In this document: one piece after another, positions 9,273 to 18,248 of the stretch
Numbering within the stretch: the stretch's first letter is position 1
How the letters are laid out: each line of letters starts with the position of its first letter
DNA from: an uncultured Verrucomicrobiae bacterium
Lineage (GTDB): Bacteria > Verrucomicrobiota > Verrucomicrobiia > Chthoniobacterales > JAATET01
Reading direction: 5' to 3'
Assembly (NCBI GenBank): GCA_963719495.1
Contig: CAVRCI010000004.1
Location: forward strand, 310,620-374,619
Length of the DNA: 64,000 bases
Notes under the pieces: model-generated
Seen by the model: the letters and a program-made list of their open reading frames with translations, nothing else
The model's database searches: none
What the model was told of the DNA's origin: nothing
Translations under genes and position numbers: made by a program

Positions 9273-9433
9273 GGCGTGCGGTTGGTGAAGTGCGGCGAAT
9301 GTGGTGGAAGCGGGTTGCGGGGGCAAGTGGGAAGATGCGGGGTGTGGGTCGTTGATCTGCGGCGTGTCGGTCTTAGATTTGCGGCTTCGCCGTTGGGTTG
9401 GTTCGGCGATTGCAAATCGCCGCTCCTTGAAGG

Positions 9434-10435
9434 TCATTCCGGCGGGGTGAACGTGGGGTTGGTTGGGAGGTCGCTTAGGAATTTCCAGAGGTCTTTGGAG
9501 TCGCGTTTTTGGACGCGGATGTCTTCGACTCCGGTGGCGTCGCAGCGGAGGACGAGCTGGTAGCCTTTGTATTTGCGGGGGTGGCCGATGACTCGGGCGA
9601 GAGTTGGGTCGGCGGGGGGGCGGTCGTGTTGGGTCATCGCCAGGAAGCTGTAGGGGAGGGCTCGGAGGTCGATCTCGACGGCGCGGGCGAGTTCGGACCA
9701 GGCGGCGTTTTGGGAGGCTTCGGTCGGGGGCTTGGCGAAGGTGTGGCACCAGTGGCGGGCGTTGGCTTCGGTGAGGAGGCCGCAGGTTTCGGAGTGGGTG
9801 CAGGGGGCGATGACGCGGTGGGTGGCGCGGAGGGGTTCGCGGACGCGCTCGACGAGGGCGCGGCTGTCGGGGTGGGAGCCGGATTCGACCCAGAGGATCT
9901 CGCCGGCGGTGCGGGCGAGGCGGAGGAGGGTGGCGGTGGCTTCGGGGGTGAGTTCGTTGAGGATGTGGCTGACGACGAGGAGGGTGTCGGCGTCGCTGGT
10001 GGGTTCGCTGGTGCTGACGCGAAGGGTGGGGAAATCTTTTGCGGCCCGGGTGCTGGTGAAGCGGACGGCGGCGCGGGAGCGGTCGTGGACCTGGAGTTCG
10101 GTGAAGCCGTCGAAGGCTTCGAGGACGCGGCGGCTGGCGACACCGGACCCGCAGCCGAAGTCGAGGATGCGGGTGGCGGTGGGCGCCCAGTCGCGGGCGA
10201 CGAGTTCGCTCAGGACGGCGTCCCATTTCCAGCCGATGCGCTCGCCGAAGGTTTCGTTGTAGAGGGCGAGATCTTCGGGGGTGCGCCAGTAGTCGGTGGT
10301 GCCGGCGGTGCCGTCGAGGAAGCCGTTGCGGAGGCGGCGGAGGGTGGTGATTTCGGCGGGTTTCCAGTGGTGCACACTGGAGTTGTGGGGCTCGGCGGCG
10401 CGTCGTGTCAATCGGGCGTCTTGCGAGATGGTCAC
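9434..10435 (-). CDS. Rsm22/METTL17-like SAM-dependent methyltransferase
   Basis: ILDFGCGSG, SHILNEL, WVESG, IAPCTH...C...HWCH, PYSFL. Confidence 0.8.
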   Translation of the reverse strand: MTISQDARLTRRAAEPHNSSVHHWKPAEITTLRRLRNGFLDGTAGTTDYWRTPEDLALYNETFGERIGWKWDAVLSELVARDWAPTATRILDFGCGSGVASRRVLEAFDGFTELQVHDRSRAAVRFTSTRAAKDFPTLRVSTSEPTSDADTLLVVSHILNELTPEATATLLRLARTAGEILWVESGSHPDSRALVERVREPLRATHRVIAPCTHSETCGLLTEANARHWCHTFAKPPTEASQNAAWSELARAVEIDLRALPYSFLAMTQHDRPPADPTLARVIGHPRKYKGYQLVLRCDATGVEDIRVQKRDSKDLWKFLSDLPTNPTFTPPE

Positions 10436-10486
10436 GGCACCCGGGGCCCGGCTGCCCTACCTTGGTTGGGATGCCGCTGGCGCGGC

Positions 10487-10696
10487 TTAGGCTCGTTCGA
10501 CTTCGCTCTGCGATTTGAGGACGGTGGTGCCGTCCTCCTGTTCGATGACGTAGGCGGGGTCGTCGTCGGTGCCGTTGCGGGTGACTTCGGAGCCTTTGAT
10601 CGTTTTGGTGATTTTTTCGTGGTGGACCTCGGTGACTTTGCCTTCGGCGGTTCCGTTGCCCCAACTCCATTTCACTGTGCTGCCGGTTTTGATCAT
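10487..10696 (-). CDS. DUF2945 family (Tudor-like) small protein
   Basis: V.WSWGNG.AEGKV...IKGSEVTRNGT.DDPAY.I.QEDG..VLK. Confidence 0.88.
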   Translation of the reverse strand: MIKTGSTVKWSWGNGTAEGKVTEVHHEKITKTIKGSEVTRNGTDDDPAYVIEQEDGTTVLKSQSEVERA

Positions 10697-10745
10697 CAAA
10701 TTCTTTTCGTGTCCGGGCGTGCGGGCGGATGCGTGGTGAACGATC

Positions 10746-11801
10746 TTACGGCTCGGTGGGGTGGCAACCGGCGAAGAGGGCGGTGAGGGCGGGGGCGTCG
10801 ATCTGGGAGCCGATGGCGACGATGCGGCTGTGGGGCTGGGTGGACTGGTCGAGGGGGGTGAGTTCGGTGCGTCGGCCGACGGCTTGGAGGGCGTGGGGGC
10901 TGGTCGGCGCGTCGGCGAGGTGGACGATGCCTTTGCAGCGGTAGACGTAGGCGGGGAGGTGGCGGCGGACCATTTCGACGAGGGCTTGGCGGTCGAAGGG
11001 GCGGTCGGTTTCGTAGCTCCAGGTTTGGAATTGCTGGCTGGCTTGGTGGGGGGTGTTTTCGGCGGCTTCGTGGCGGGGTGTGAGGTGCCGGGGGTCGAAT
11101 CGGGCGACGGCGAGGAGGATGGCGAGTGGGACGTCGCAGCGGGTGGTCTCGACGATGCGGACGCGGTCGAGGTGTTGGCCGATCCATTCGTGGATGACTT
11201 CGAGGTGGTCGCGGGTGACGAGGTCGGTCTTGTTGAGGACGACGAGGTCGGCGTAGGCGATCTGGCGGATTTTGAGGCGGTTGAGTTCGTCGTTGTCGGC
11301 GTGGGTGAAAATGGCTTCGGCGTCGACGAGGCAGGTGATGCTGTCGAGGCGGAGGAGTTGCCGGTATTTGCGGTCGAGGAAGGTCATGACGATGCCGTCG
11401 GGGTCGGCGACGCCGCTGGCTTCGAGGATGACGTAGTCGACGGCTTCTTCGCGGGTGAGGAGGCTCTCGAGGGAGCGGACGAGGTCGTCGCGGATCTCGC
11501 AGCAGACGCAGCCGTTGCTGAGGCTGATGGTGTTCGCTTCGATGCCGTCGATGAGGTCGGCGTCGATGTTGATGGCTCCGAAGTCGTTGACGAGGACGCC
11601 GACGCGGAGGCCGTGGTCGCCGTGGAGGATGCGGTTGAGGAGGGTCGTTTTTCCGGAGCCGAGGAAGCCGGTGAGGAGGGTGATGGGGACGGGATCGCGT
11701 CCGGGGATGACGATGGGCTCGGTGCGGGCGGCGGGGGCGAGGGGGTTGGGGGGCGCTTCGCGCGTGATTGGTGACTGGTTAATGGTGATGGGTGGGTTGC
11801 G
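10746..11801 (-). CDS. CobW/COG0523 family GTPase metallochaperone (start codon unresolved)
   Basis: Frame open 11801-10746: LTGFLGSGKTTLLN, VNDFG, SNGCVCC, EASGVADP, NKTD, CobW_C YRCKG; first canonical start only at 11387. Confidence 0.9.
   Translation of the reverse strand, partial: RNPPITINQSPITREAPPNPLAPAARTEPIVIPGRDPVPITLLTGFLGSGKTTLLNRILHGDHGLRVGVLVNDFGAINIDADLIDGIEANTISLSNGCVCCEIRDDLVRSLESLLTREEAVDYVILEASGVADPDGIVMTFLDRKYRQLLRLDSITCLVDAEAIFTHADNDELNRLKIRQIAYADLVVLNKTDLVTRDHLEVIHEWIGQHLDRVRIVETTRCDVPLAILLAVARFDPRHLTPRHEAAENTPHQASQQFQTWSYETDRPFDRQALVEMVRRHLPAYVYRCKGIVHLADAPTSPHALQAVGRRTELTPLDQSTQPHSRIVAIGSQIDAPALTALFAGCHPTEP
11764..11790. repeat. Heptamer tandem repeat family (TGGTGAC/TGGTGAT)n; also about 32100-32133, 33216-33246, 39891-39923, 43805-43831, 48228-48257, 58808-58838
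   Basis: Seven clusters of 3-5 degenerate units at gene junctions. Confidence 0.85.
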
Positions 11802-13259
11802 TTAGGCGGGGTCGACTTTGATGCCGCGAGCTTCGAGCATTTCCCGGGGGTTGAGGGTGACGCCGGGCCATTTCTGGACGGGTTTGCGGTAGACGTCGGG
11901 TGGGTAGTAGAGGTGGGGATCGATCTCGAGGTCGCGGAGGAATTGATCCTGCTGATCTTCCCGGGGGGTCGTGGGGGTGGGGAGGGCCATGGTTTCCGGG
12001 AGTTTTTCGCCGGGGGCGAGGAGCCACCTCGGGTCCATGGCGGCGGGGGCGGCTCCGTCGGGGAGGAGGGCTTCGCGGGACCAGATGGCGTCTTTGCTGA
12101 CGTTGACGACCTGGACGTCGGGTCCGCCGAACATGAAGAGGCCGTCCCAGTTGGCGCGGACCTCGGCGACGGATTCGGCGGCGAGGGCTTCGCCGGCGTA
12201 TTCGTAGTGGCAGATGGCGGCGAGGCGCGGGTTGGTTTTTTTGAAGAGGTAGCCGGCGGCGTAATACATCGTATGGTAGATATCGATGGTGTATTCCCAG
12301 AGTTCGGCGGGGGCGCCGAGCTTCATGGCGGAGAGGGCGGGGACGTCGATGGTGCCTTCGGAGACGAAGACGTCGGCGCCTTGGCCGTATTCGGCGGAGA
12401 GTTCGTCGGGGCGGCCGTCGCCGGTGAAGACGAAGGAGAGGCCGGCGTCCTCCCAGTCGAGACGGTAGGCGACGGCTCCGTTCTTGACGTGGGAGCGGGG
12501 CCAGGAGCGGACTTTGACGCCGTCCTGGTCGTAGACGATGCCGTTGCGCTGCTTCCAATCGAACTCGTGGACGTCGATCTCGAAGCCGTCGCCGATCGGG
12601 CAGGCGTTGAAATTTTCTTCGTGCCAGCGGTTCATTTCGCGCATGTGTTTGATCATGTGCGCGGTGCCGAGCTCGGGCGTGTCGCCGGAGGGTCCGTAGA
12701 CGCGGAGGGGCTTGAAGCCGCCCGCGAATGCGCGGAAGGGATACATGTAGGGGAGGTCGGCGTAGTGGTCGGCGTGGAGGTGGGTGAGGAAAATGTCGTT
12801 GATGAGGGGGGCGGGGACCTGCATGGCGATGGCGTTGCGGACGCTGCCGTTGCCGAGGTCGAAGAAGAAGCGGCGGGGCTGCGGGTCGCCGGTGCCGAGT
12901 TCGACCAGGATGGAGGTGCCGGACTGGAGCTTGGTTGGGGGCCAGGGAGTGCTGCCGAGGAAGGAGATGCGCATCTCGTTCTTGGGCAGGGTCTCGGTGC
13001 CGGGGGCGTAGAAGTTGTTGTTCTTGAGCGAGTCCCAGGGCTTGAAATAGGGCGGGAGGCTGATGCCGCCGCCGGGGGCGGGGCCGTAGGGGTTGGTCTC
13101 GACGGGTTCGGTGGGGGTGGAGTCCGCGGTGGCGGCGGCGACTCCGGGGACGGTCATGGCGGCGACGGCGGAGGCGGACGTGAGGCCGGTTTTGAGGAAG
13201 TCGCGGCGGCTTTTTGGGGTGGGTTGATCGGGCATCTTTGGGGTGGGTTGATCGGGCAT
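11802..13259 (-). CDS. Tat-exported MBL-fold metallo-hydrolase (RNase Z/arylsulfatase-like; resembles the GntH-like family)
   Basis: SRRDFLK Tat motif; FFFDLGNG; THLHADH; FTGD; YHT. Confidence 0.88.
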   Translation of the reverse strand: MPDQPTPKMPDQPTPKSRRDFLKTGLTSASAVAAMTVPGVAAATADSTPTEPVETNPYGPAPGGGISLPPYFKPWDSLKNNNFYAPGTETLPKNEMRISFLGSTPWPPTKLQSGTSILVELGTGDPQPRRFFFDLGNGSVRNAIAMQVPAPLINDIFLTHLHADHYADLPYMYPFRAFAGGFKPLRVYGPSGDTPELGTAHMIKHMREMNRWHEENFNACPIGDGFEIDVHEFDWKQRNGIVYDQDGVKVRSWPRSHVKNGAVAYRLDWEDAGLSFVFTGDGRPDELSAEYGQGADVFVSEGTIDVPALSAMKLGAPAELWEYTIDIYHTMYYAAGYLFKKTNPRLAAICHYEYAGEALAAESVAEVRANWDGLFMFGGPDVQVVNVSKDAIWSREALLPDGAAPAAMDPRWLLAPGEKLPETMALPTPTTPREDQQDQFLRDLEIDPHLYYPPDVYRKPVQKWPGVTLNPREMLEARGIKVDPA

Positions 13260-13329
13260 TTTTGGGTGGGAATTTTGGAGAGGCTGATGGTGAGGGGGCG
13301 ATCCGGCTAGGTTAAACGGGTGGGCGTGA

Positions 13330-14640
13330 GTGCTGGGTCGGTTGGGCTTCGCTTGCTTCCGGGGTCGGCGGTGGGTGTATTGGCGGGGTGAGGTTGTTGA
13401 TTTGAGGACGGAGATTTCGGAGTTGGGGAACGGGGTGCGGGTGGTGACTTGCGAGATGCCGCAGACGGAGTCGGTGACTTATGGCGTGTGGGCGGCGGTG
13501 GGCGGGCGGCACGAGCCGAAGCGCTTGGCGGGGATTTCGCATTTCATCGAGCACATGCTTTTCAAGGGGACGGTGCGGCGGACGGCGCGGCAGATCGGTC
13601 AGGAAATCGAGAGCGTGGGCGGCTACCTCAACGCGACGACGTCGCACGATCACACGGTTTACTACGGGGCCGCGCCGGCGAATTATTTTCGGCGGTTGAG
13701 TGGCGTGCTGTGCGACATGGTGCTGTCGCCGCGGTTCGCGGAGCTGGACATCAAGCGGGAGCGGGGGGTCATCGGGGAGGAGATTCTCATGTACGAGGAC
13801 GAGCCGGCGGAGGTGGCGCAGGAGGGGCTGTGGGAGGATCTGTGGCCGGGACACGCGCTGGGGCGGCCGCTGACGGGGACGCTGAAATCCATCGCGGGCT
13901 ACGGGCGGGCGGAGTTTTTGGACTACCGGGCGAAGCATTATCACGGCGGGAACGTGGTGGTGTCGGCGGCGGGGAAGGTGATGCACGCGGAGGTGGTGGC
14001 GCGGACGGCGGCGTTGCTGGGCGAGTTGTCCGGAGGGCGGCGGAGTCGTGCCGGGCGGGCTCCGGCGTTGCCGGACGAGCGGCGGACGCGGCACGTGGAA
14101 CGCGACACGCAGCAGACGCACGTGGCTTTTGCGACGCCGGCTTGTGATCTGCGCGATCCGGATCGGCACGCGATTCACCTGCTCAACGTGATCCTCGGCG
14201 GGAACATGAGCTCGCGGCTTTTCCAGGATCTGCGGGAGAAGCGGGGGATCTGTTACACGGTGAGCTCGAGCGTGAGCCTTTACGAGGATACGGGGGTGAT
14301 CAATTTCTACGTGGGGCTGGACGCGAAGAATCTGGAGCGGACGATGGCGCTGGTGGGGCGGGCGTTCGCACGGCTGAGGGACGATCTGGTGCCGGACGGG
14401 GAGTTGCGGCGGGCGAAGGAATTTGCGATCGGGTCGGACCGGATGTCGCTGGAGCGGACGTCGTCGCAGAATTCGCGGATTGGGTATTCGGCGCTTTTTT
14501 ACGGGGAGGTGCTCGAGCCGGAAGTGGCGCACGAGCGGCTGCGAGCGGTGACGAGTGAGGACGTGCGGCGGGTGGCTCGGCGGTGTCTGGATGAGCGGCG
14601 GGTGACGATGACGGTGGTTGGGCCGGCTGGCGTTGCGTGA
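13330..14640 (+). CDS. M16 (pitrilysin) family peptidase
   Basis: GISHFIEHMLFKGT (HXXEH), NATTS, GGNMSSRLFQDLREKRGICY; true start probably near 13388-13402. Confidence 0.95.
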   Translation: MLGRLGFACFRGRRWVYWRGEVVDLRTEISELGNGVRVVTCEMPQTESVTYGVWAAVGGRHEPKRLAGISHFIEHMLFKGTVRRTARQIGQEIESVGGYLNATTSHDHTVYYGAAPANYFRRLSGVLCDMVLSPRFAELDIKRERGVIGEEILMYEDEPAEVAQEGLWEDLWPGHALGRPLTGTLKSIAGYGRAEFLDYRAKHYHGGNVVVSAAGKVMHAEVVARTAALLGELSGGRRSRAGRAPALPDERRTRHVERDTQQTHVAFATPACDLRDPDRHAIHLLNVILGGNMSSRLFQDLREKRGICYTVSSSVSLYEDTGVINFYVGLDAKNLERTMALVGRAFARLRDDLVPDGELRRAKEFAIGSDRMSLERTSSQNSRIGYSALFYGEVLEPEVAHERLRAVTSEDVRRVARRCLDERRVTMTVVGPAGVA

Positions 14641-14854
14641 TCAGATTTCTGATACGGTTTTTTGAACAGAAGGTCGCGAAGGTAGCAAAGGATACGGAAG
14701 AGGGGGATTCCGGTGGCTCCCGCTGGCGCGGATCTCCTGACGTCGACCTCTACGGGGATGAGATTTGCGGGGGTGGGGCTTCGTGGTGGCGGAAGTGAGG
14801 ACGCCCGGGTTGGGCGTGGCGGGTGGGATTCGGGTTGACGGTCGGGGATGAGCA

Positions 14855-14869
14855 TGAGACTCAGTCTCA
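14855..14869. promoter_or_regulatory. Perfect 7-1-7 inverted repeat TGAGACT-C-AGTCTCA, candidate Fur-type box; -35-like TTGACG at 14835-14840
   Basis: Palindrome ends 3 nt before the ATG of an imelysin/DHOR iron-uptake pair. Confidence 0.65.
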
Positions 14870-14872
14870 GAC

Positions 14873-16105
14873 ATGATGAAGAAGGCGAATTTTGGTTTGT
14901 TGGTCGGGTTTGCGTTGGTGGTAGCGGGCTGCGACGGGGGTGGGACGTCGGAGGCGGTGGCTTCGCCGACTCCGGCTGGTGAAGCGGTGGAATCTGAGCG
15001 GGCCGCGCCGGAAACGGATGAGTTGGCGGAATTAAAGGGTGAGGTGGTCGCGAATTACGCGGATTTGGTTTTCGCGACTTATTCGGATTCTTTGGCGGCG
15101 GCTGAGAACCTGCGGGATTCATTGGAGACTCTGGTGAAAGCTCCTTCGGCGGAGACGATGGAGGCGGCGCGGACGGCTTGGCGCGAGGCTCGGGTGCCTT
15201 ATTTGCAGACGGAGGCTTTTCGGTTTTACGGCGGTCCGGTGGACGAGATCGAGGGGATGATAAACGCGTGGCCAATGGATGAGGCCTACGTGGATTACGT
15301 GGTGGGGAATCCGGAAGCGGGGGTGATCAATCAGCCGGAGAAGTATCCGGAGATCACCGAGGCGGTGCTGGGTGAGCTGAACGAGAAGGACGGGGAGACG
15401 AACATCAGCACGGGGTATCACGCGATCGAGTTTTTGTTGTGGGGTCAGGATTTCCGAGCGGACGGGGCAGGCGAGCGGAGTTTCGAAGATTACTCGACGG
15501 CGGCGAACGCGGATCGGCGGGGGGCGTATTTATTGGAACTGGGAGACCTGTTGGTCGGGCATTTGTGGTCGCTGACGGAGGCTTGGAATCCGGCGGAAGC
15601 GGGGAATTTCCGCGCGGAATTTCTGGCGTTGCCGAAGGACGAGGCGCTGCACGATATTTTTACGGGGATCGGGGTGTTGAGTGGATTCGAGGTGTCGGGT
15701 GAGCGGTTGGCGGTGGCGTATGAAACGCAGGCGCAGGAGGACGAGCATTCGTGTTTCAGCGACACCACGCACGTTGACATGATCGAGGACGCGCGGGGGG
15801 CGCGGAACGTCTACACGGGACGCTACGTGCGGACGGATGGGAGCGTGGTCGAGGGTCCGGGTGTGGACGAGCTGGTGGCGGCGAGGGATTCGGCGTTGGC
15901 CGCGCGGTTGGGCGACGAAATGGACGCGACGGTTGCGGCGGCGGAGGCGCTGCCGGTGCCGTTCGATCAGGCGATTCTGGGGGAGAATGGTGCTCCGGGA
16001 CGGGTGGCTGTTGCGACTTTGATCGATGATTTGAGGACGCAGGGGGCGACGATCGTGGAGGCCGCCAAGGAGTTTGGGCTGACGATTCAGCTCGATGGCG
16101 AGTGA
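14873..16105 (+). CDS. Imelysin-family iron-regulated lipoprotein (IrpA/LruB-like)
   Basis: Lipobox VAGC; QTEAFRFYGGP, INAWP.DE, TGYHAIEFLLWGQD, EDEHSCFSD. Confidence 0.93.
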   Translation: MMKKANFGLLVGFALVVAGCDGGGTSEAVASPTPAGEAVESERAAPETDELAELKGEVVANYADLVFATYSDSLAAAENLRDSLETLVKAPSAETMEAARTAWREARVPYLQTEAFRFYGGPVDEIEGMINAWPMDEAYVDYVVGNPEAGVINQPEKYPEITEAVLGELNEKDGETNISTGYHAIEFLLWGQDFRADGAGERSFEDYSTAANADRRGAYLLELGDLLVGHLWSLTEAWNPAEAGNFRAEFLALPKDEALHDIFTGIGVLSGFEVSGERLAVAYETQAQEDEHSCFSDTTHVDMIEDARGARNVYTGRYVRTDGSVVEGPGVDELVAARDSALAARLGDEMDATVAAAEALPVPFDQAILGENGAPGRVAVATLIDDLRTQGATIVEAAKEFGLTIQLDGE

Positions 16106-17526
16106 GGGTGGTCCGCAGATTTCGCAGATTCGCGCAGATTTTATTCGGTCTGGGTTGCCTGGCCGTGCTCATCGTGTCGTTCGCGCGGGAGGAGAATCTG
16201 ACGCCGGTCGAGGGTGAGGAGCTTTCGGGGGGGGATACGACTGTTTTCGACGCGACGGACAATGCGTTTGGGTATTCCGCGAGGAACCTTCGGAAGGACA
16301 AAAAGAATTCGTTTTTCGTCGGGAACTCCTTTTTCAAGCAGAACTGGGTGATTGCGCCGGCTTCGACTTCGGCTCGGGATGGACTGGGGCCGCTCTTCAA
16401 CGCGCGGTCTTGCTCGGCTTGTCACTTCAAGGACGGTCGGGGACGACCGCCTCGGGAGGGGGAGGAGATGGTGTCGATGTTGCTGCGGCTGAGCCGGCCG
16501 GGGGAGCGGGACGCGAAGGCGGGGGTTCGGCTGGACGAGGCGCTGGGCGATCAGCTTCAGCAGAACGCGATTCCGGGCGCGGAGGGTGAGGGGGTGCCGG
16601 TGGTGGAATACGCGGAGGTGGCGGGGGAGTTCGCGGATGGGTCGACTTATTCTCTGCGGAAGCCAAGTTACCGGATCGAGAAGCTGGGCTACGGCGGTGA
16701 CTCGGCGGAGGGGCTGGAAATATCGCCGCGCGTTGCGCCGCAGATGGTGGGGATGGGTTTGCTGGAGGCGATCGCGGAGGAGGATCTCATTCGGAACGCG
16801 GACCCGGATGACTTGGATAGGGACGGGGTGTCGGGTCGGCCCAACTGGGTGTGGAACCACGAGGTGGGTGTGAACCAAATCGGGCGCTTCGGATGGAAGG
16901 CGAACACGGCGACGGTGCGCGAGCAGGTGGCGGGGGCGTTCCTTGGCGACATGGGACTGACGACGCCGACTCGGACGCACGGGGGGGCGAGCTTGTCGGA
17001 ACTGGGCGTGGCGGCGATTGCCTACGAGGACGGCGATGAGCCGGAGGTGACGGCGAAAATTTTCGACCACGTCGTTTTTTATTCGTCGGTGCTCGCGGTG
17101 CCGGCGCGGCGGGACGTCGCGGACCCGGAAGTGCTCATTGGGAAGCAGGTGTTCGGGCGCTTGGGGTGCGCGGAGTGTCACGTGCCGGAGTTTCGGACGG
17201 CGGTGGTGGAGGGTTTTCCGGAAGTGTCGGGTCAGCGGATTTTTCCGTATTCGGATTTGCTGTTGCACGACATGGGCGATGGGTTGGCGGATGGGCGTGG
17301 GGATTTTGAAGCGAACGGGCGGGAATGGCGGACGCCGCCGCTTTGGGGGATCGGGCTCGTGGAGACGGTGAACGGGCACACCGAGTTCTTGCACGACGGT
17401 CGGGCTCGGAATCTGGAGGAGGCCGTGTTGTGGCACGGCGGGGAGGCGGCGGTGTCGCGGGCGGGTTACGTGGCGCTGGGGGCGGGGGAGCGGGCGGCGG
17501 TGGTGCGGTTTCTGGAGTCTTTGTAG
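16102..17526 (+). CDS. Di-heme oxidoreductase (DHOR/DUF1111) family protein
   Basis: GLGPLFNARSCSACH, GRFGWKA, GCAECH, EWRTPPLWGIG, FLHDGRAR. Confidence 0.93.
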   Translation: MRVVRRFRRFAQILFGLGCLAVLIVSFAREENLTPVEGEELSGGDTTVFDATDNAFGYSARNLRKDKKNSFFVGNSFFKQNWVIAPASTSARDGLGPLFNARSCSACHFKDGRGRPPREGEEMVSMLLRLSRPGERDAKAGVRLDEALGDQLQQNAIPGAEGEGVPVVEYAEVAGEFADGSTYSLRKPSYRIEKLGYGGDSAEGLEISPRVAPQMVGMGLLEAIAEEDLIRNADPDDLDRDGVSGRPNWVWNHEVGVNQIGRFGWKANTATVREQVAGAFLGDMGLTTPTRTHGGASLSELGVAAIAYEDGDEPEVTAKIFDHVVFYSSVLAVPARRDVADPEVLIGKQVFGRLGCAECHVPEFRTAVVEGFPEVSGQRIFPYSDLLLHDMGDGLADGRGDFEANGREWRTPPLWGIGLVETVNGHTEFLHDGRARNLEEAVLWHGGEAAVSRAGYVALGAGERAAVVRFLESL

Positions 17527-17527
17527 A

Positions 17528-17596
17528 TTTTTTAAACCATGAAGGGGTGAGGGGGAACCGCGAATGGACGCGAATGAACGCTGATGGTGAGGTGAT
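17528..17596. repeat. ~70-bp duplicated DHOR-nagZ intergenic segment; second copy 29888-29956
   Basis: TTTT(A/G)AACCATGAAGGGGTGAGGGG..GAACCGC.AATGGACGCGAATGAACGCT.ATGGTGAGGTGAT at both ends of the island. Confidence 0.88.
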
Positions 17597-17700
17597 TTCA
17601 GCGAGTAGTCGTCCGCGGACAGGCGGAGACGCTGAAGGAAACGATAGCGCTATTCCTGAATTCTACCCGCTCTCATTGGCGTCCGTTCGGGATTCTGAAC

Positions 17701-17775
17701 TCAAACAGTTCGACGGTGCTGCGTTTCGCTTCGGGTGGGGGCTTGGTTTTTGCAGACGGTGGTCACCCGAGTTAG
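17701..17775 (-). pseudogene. Highly decayed copy of the nagZ 3' end
   Basis: TCAAACAGTTCGACGGTGCTGCGTTT versus nagZ TCAGTAGAGTTCGACCGGGCTGCGTTT, followed by GGCTTGGT. Confidence 0.5.
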
Positions 17776-17814
17776 GAATGGTGCTGAGGGCCACGACCCC
17801 CTACTTGGAAAGGT

Positions 17815-18128
17815 TACTCGGTTCAGACGTCGACTGATCCAAACGTCCTTTTGGCGGATCCGCGGAAATGCCAGTTTTCGGCGAGAAATCGTCGGCTGAC
17901 CCGAATGCCACGTGAATGCCACGGTCATTTTCGCGAAATCTCCGCCCTCGTCCGAACCGGTATCCCTGAGCGTGTCTGCTCTCTGGATCAACTCCGCCGC
18001 ACCCTGGACGCCGTTGTTAAGTGTCGCAATCTCGCCACTGTCACCACCAATTGGCAGTTCACCAATGACAACGCCAGGATCAAGCTCCGCAGCCTTTATC
18101 CTTCTGTTCTGATTTGATTGACTACTAG
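17815..18128 (+). mobile_element. IS630-family relic (internally deleted)
   Basis: C-terminal NWQFTNDNARIKLRSLYP motif; ends in TGACTACTAG (CTAG). Confidence 0.78.
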
Positions 18129-18248
18129 TGGGCGCTCACAAACGCAATTTTCGACGTGTCATCGAGAAATATGTCAATACGTAGGACCGCCCCGTTCTTG
18201 ATGGTTCTTTGAATTCCTGAGCCGGAGTAGGCAGGAATACGAGGAGGT

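Noticed and set aside
8643..10670. 675-aa ORF as one protein
   Set aside because: Only the last 209 aa (L,D-transpeptidase, with its own ATG and lipobox) are credible; the rest is an off-frame shadow of the methyltransferase gene.
11802..13259. Guanitoxin biosynthesis cluster
   Set aside because: Only a family-level resemblance of one hydrolase; no other pathway genes nearby.
14700..14800. Possible ComM/YifB relic (LIPVEVDV on the minus strand)
   Set aside because: Match too short to support.
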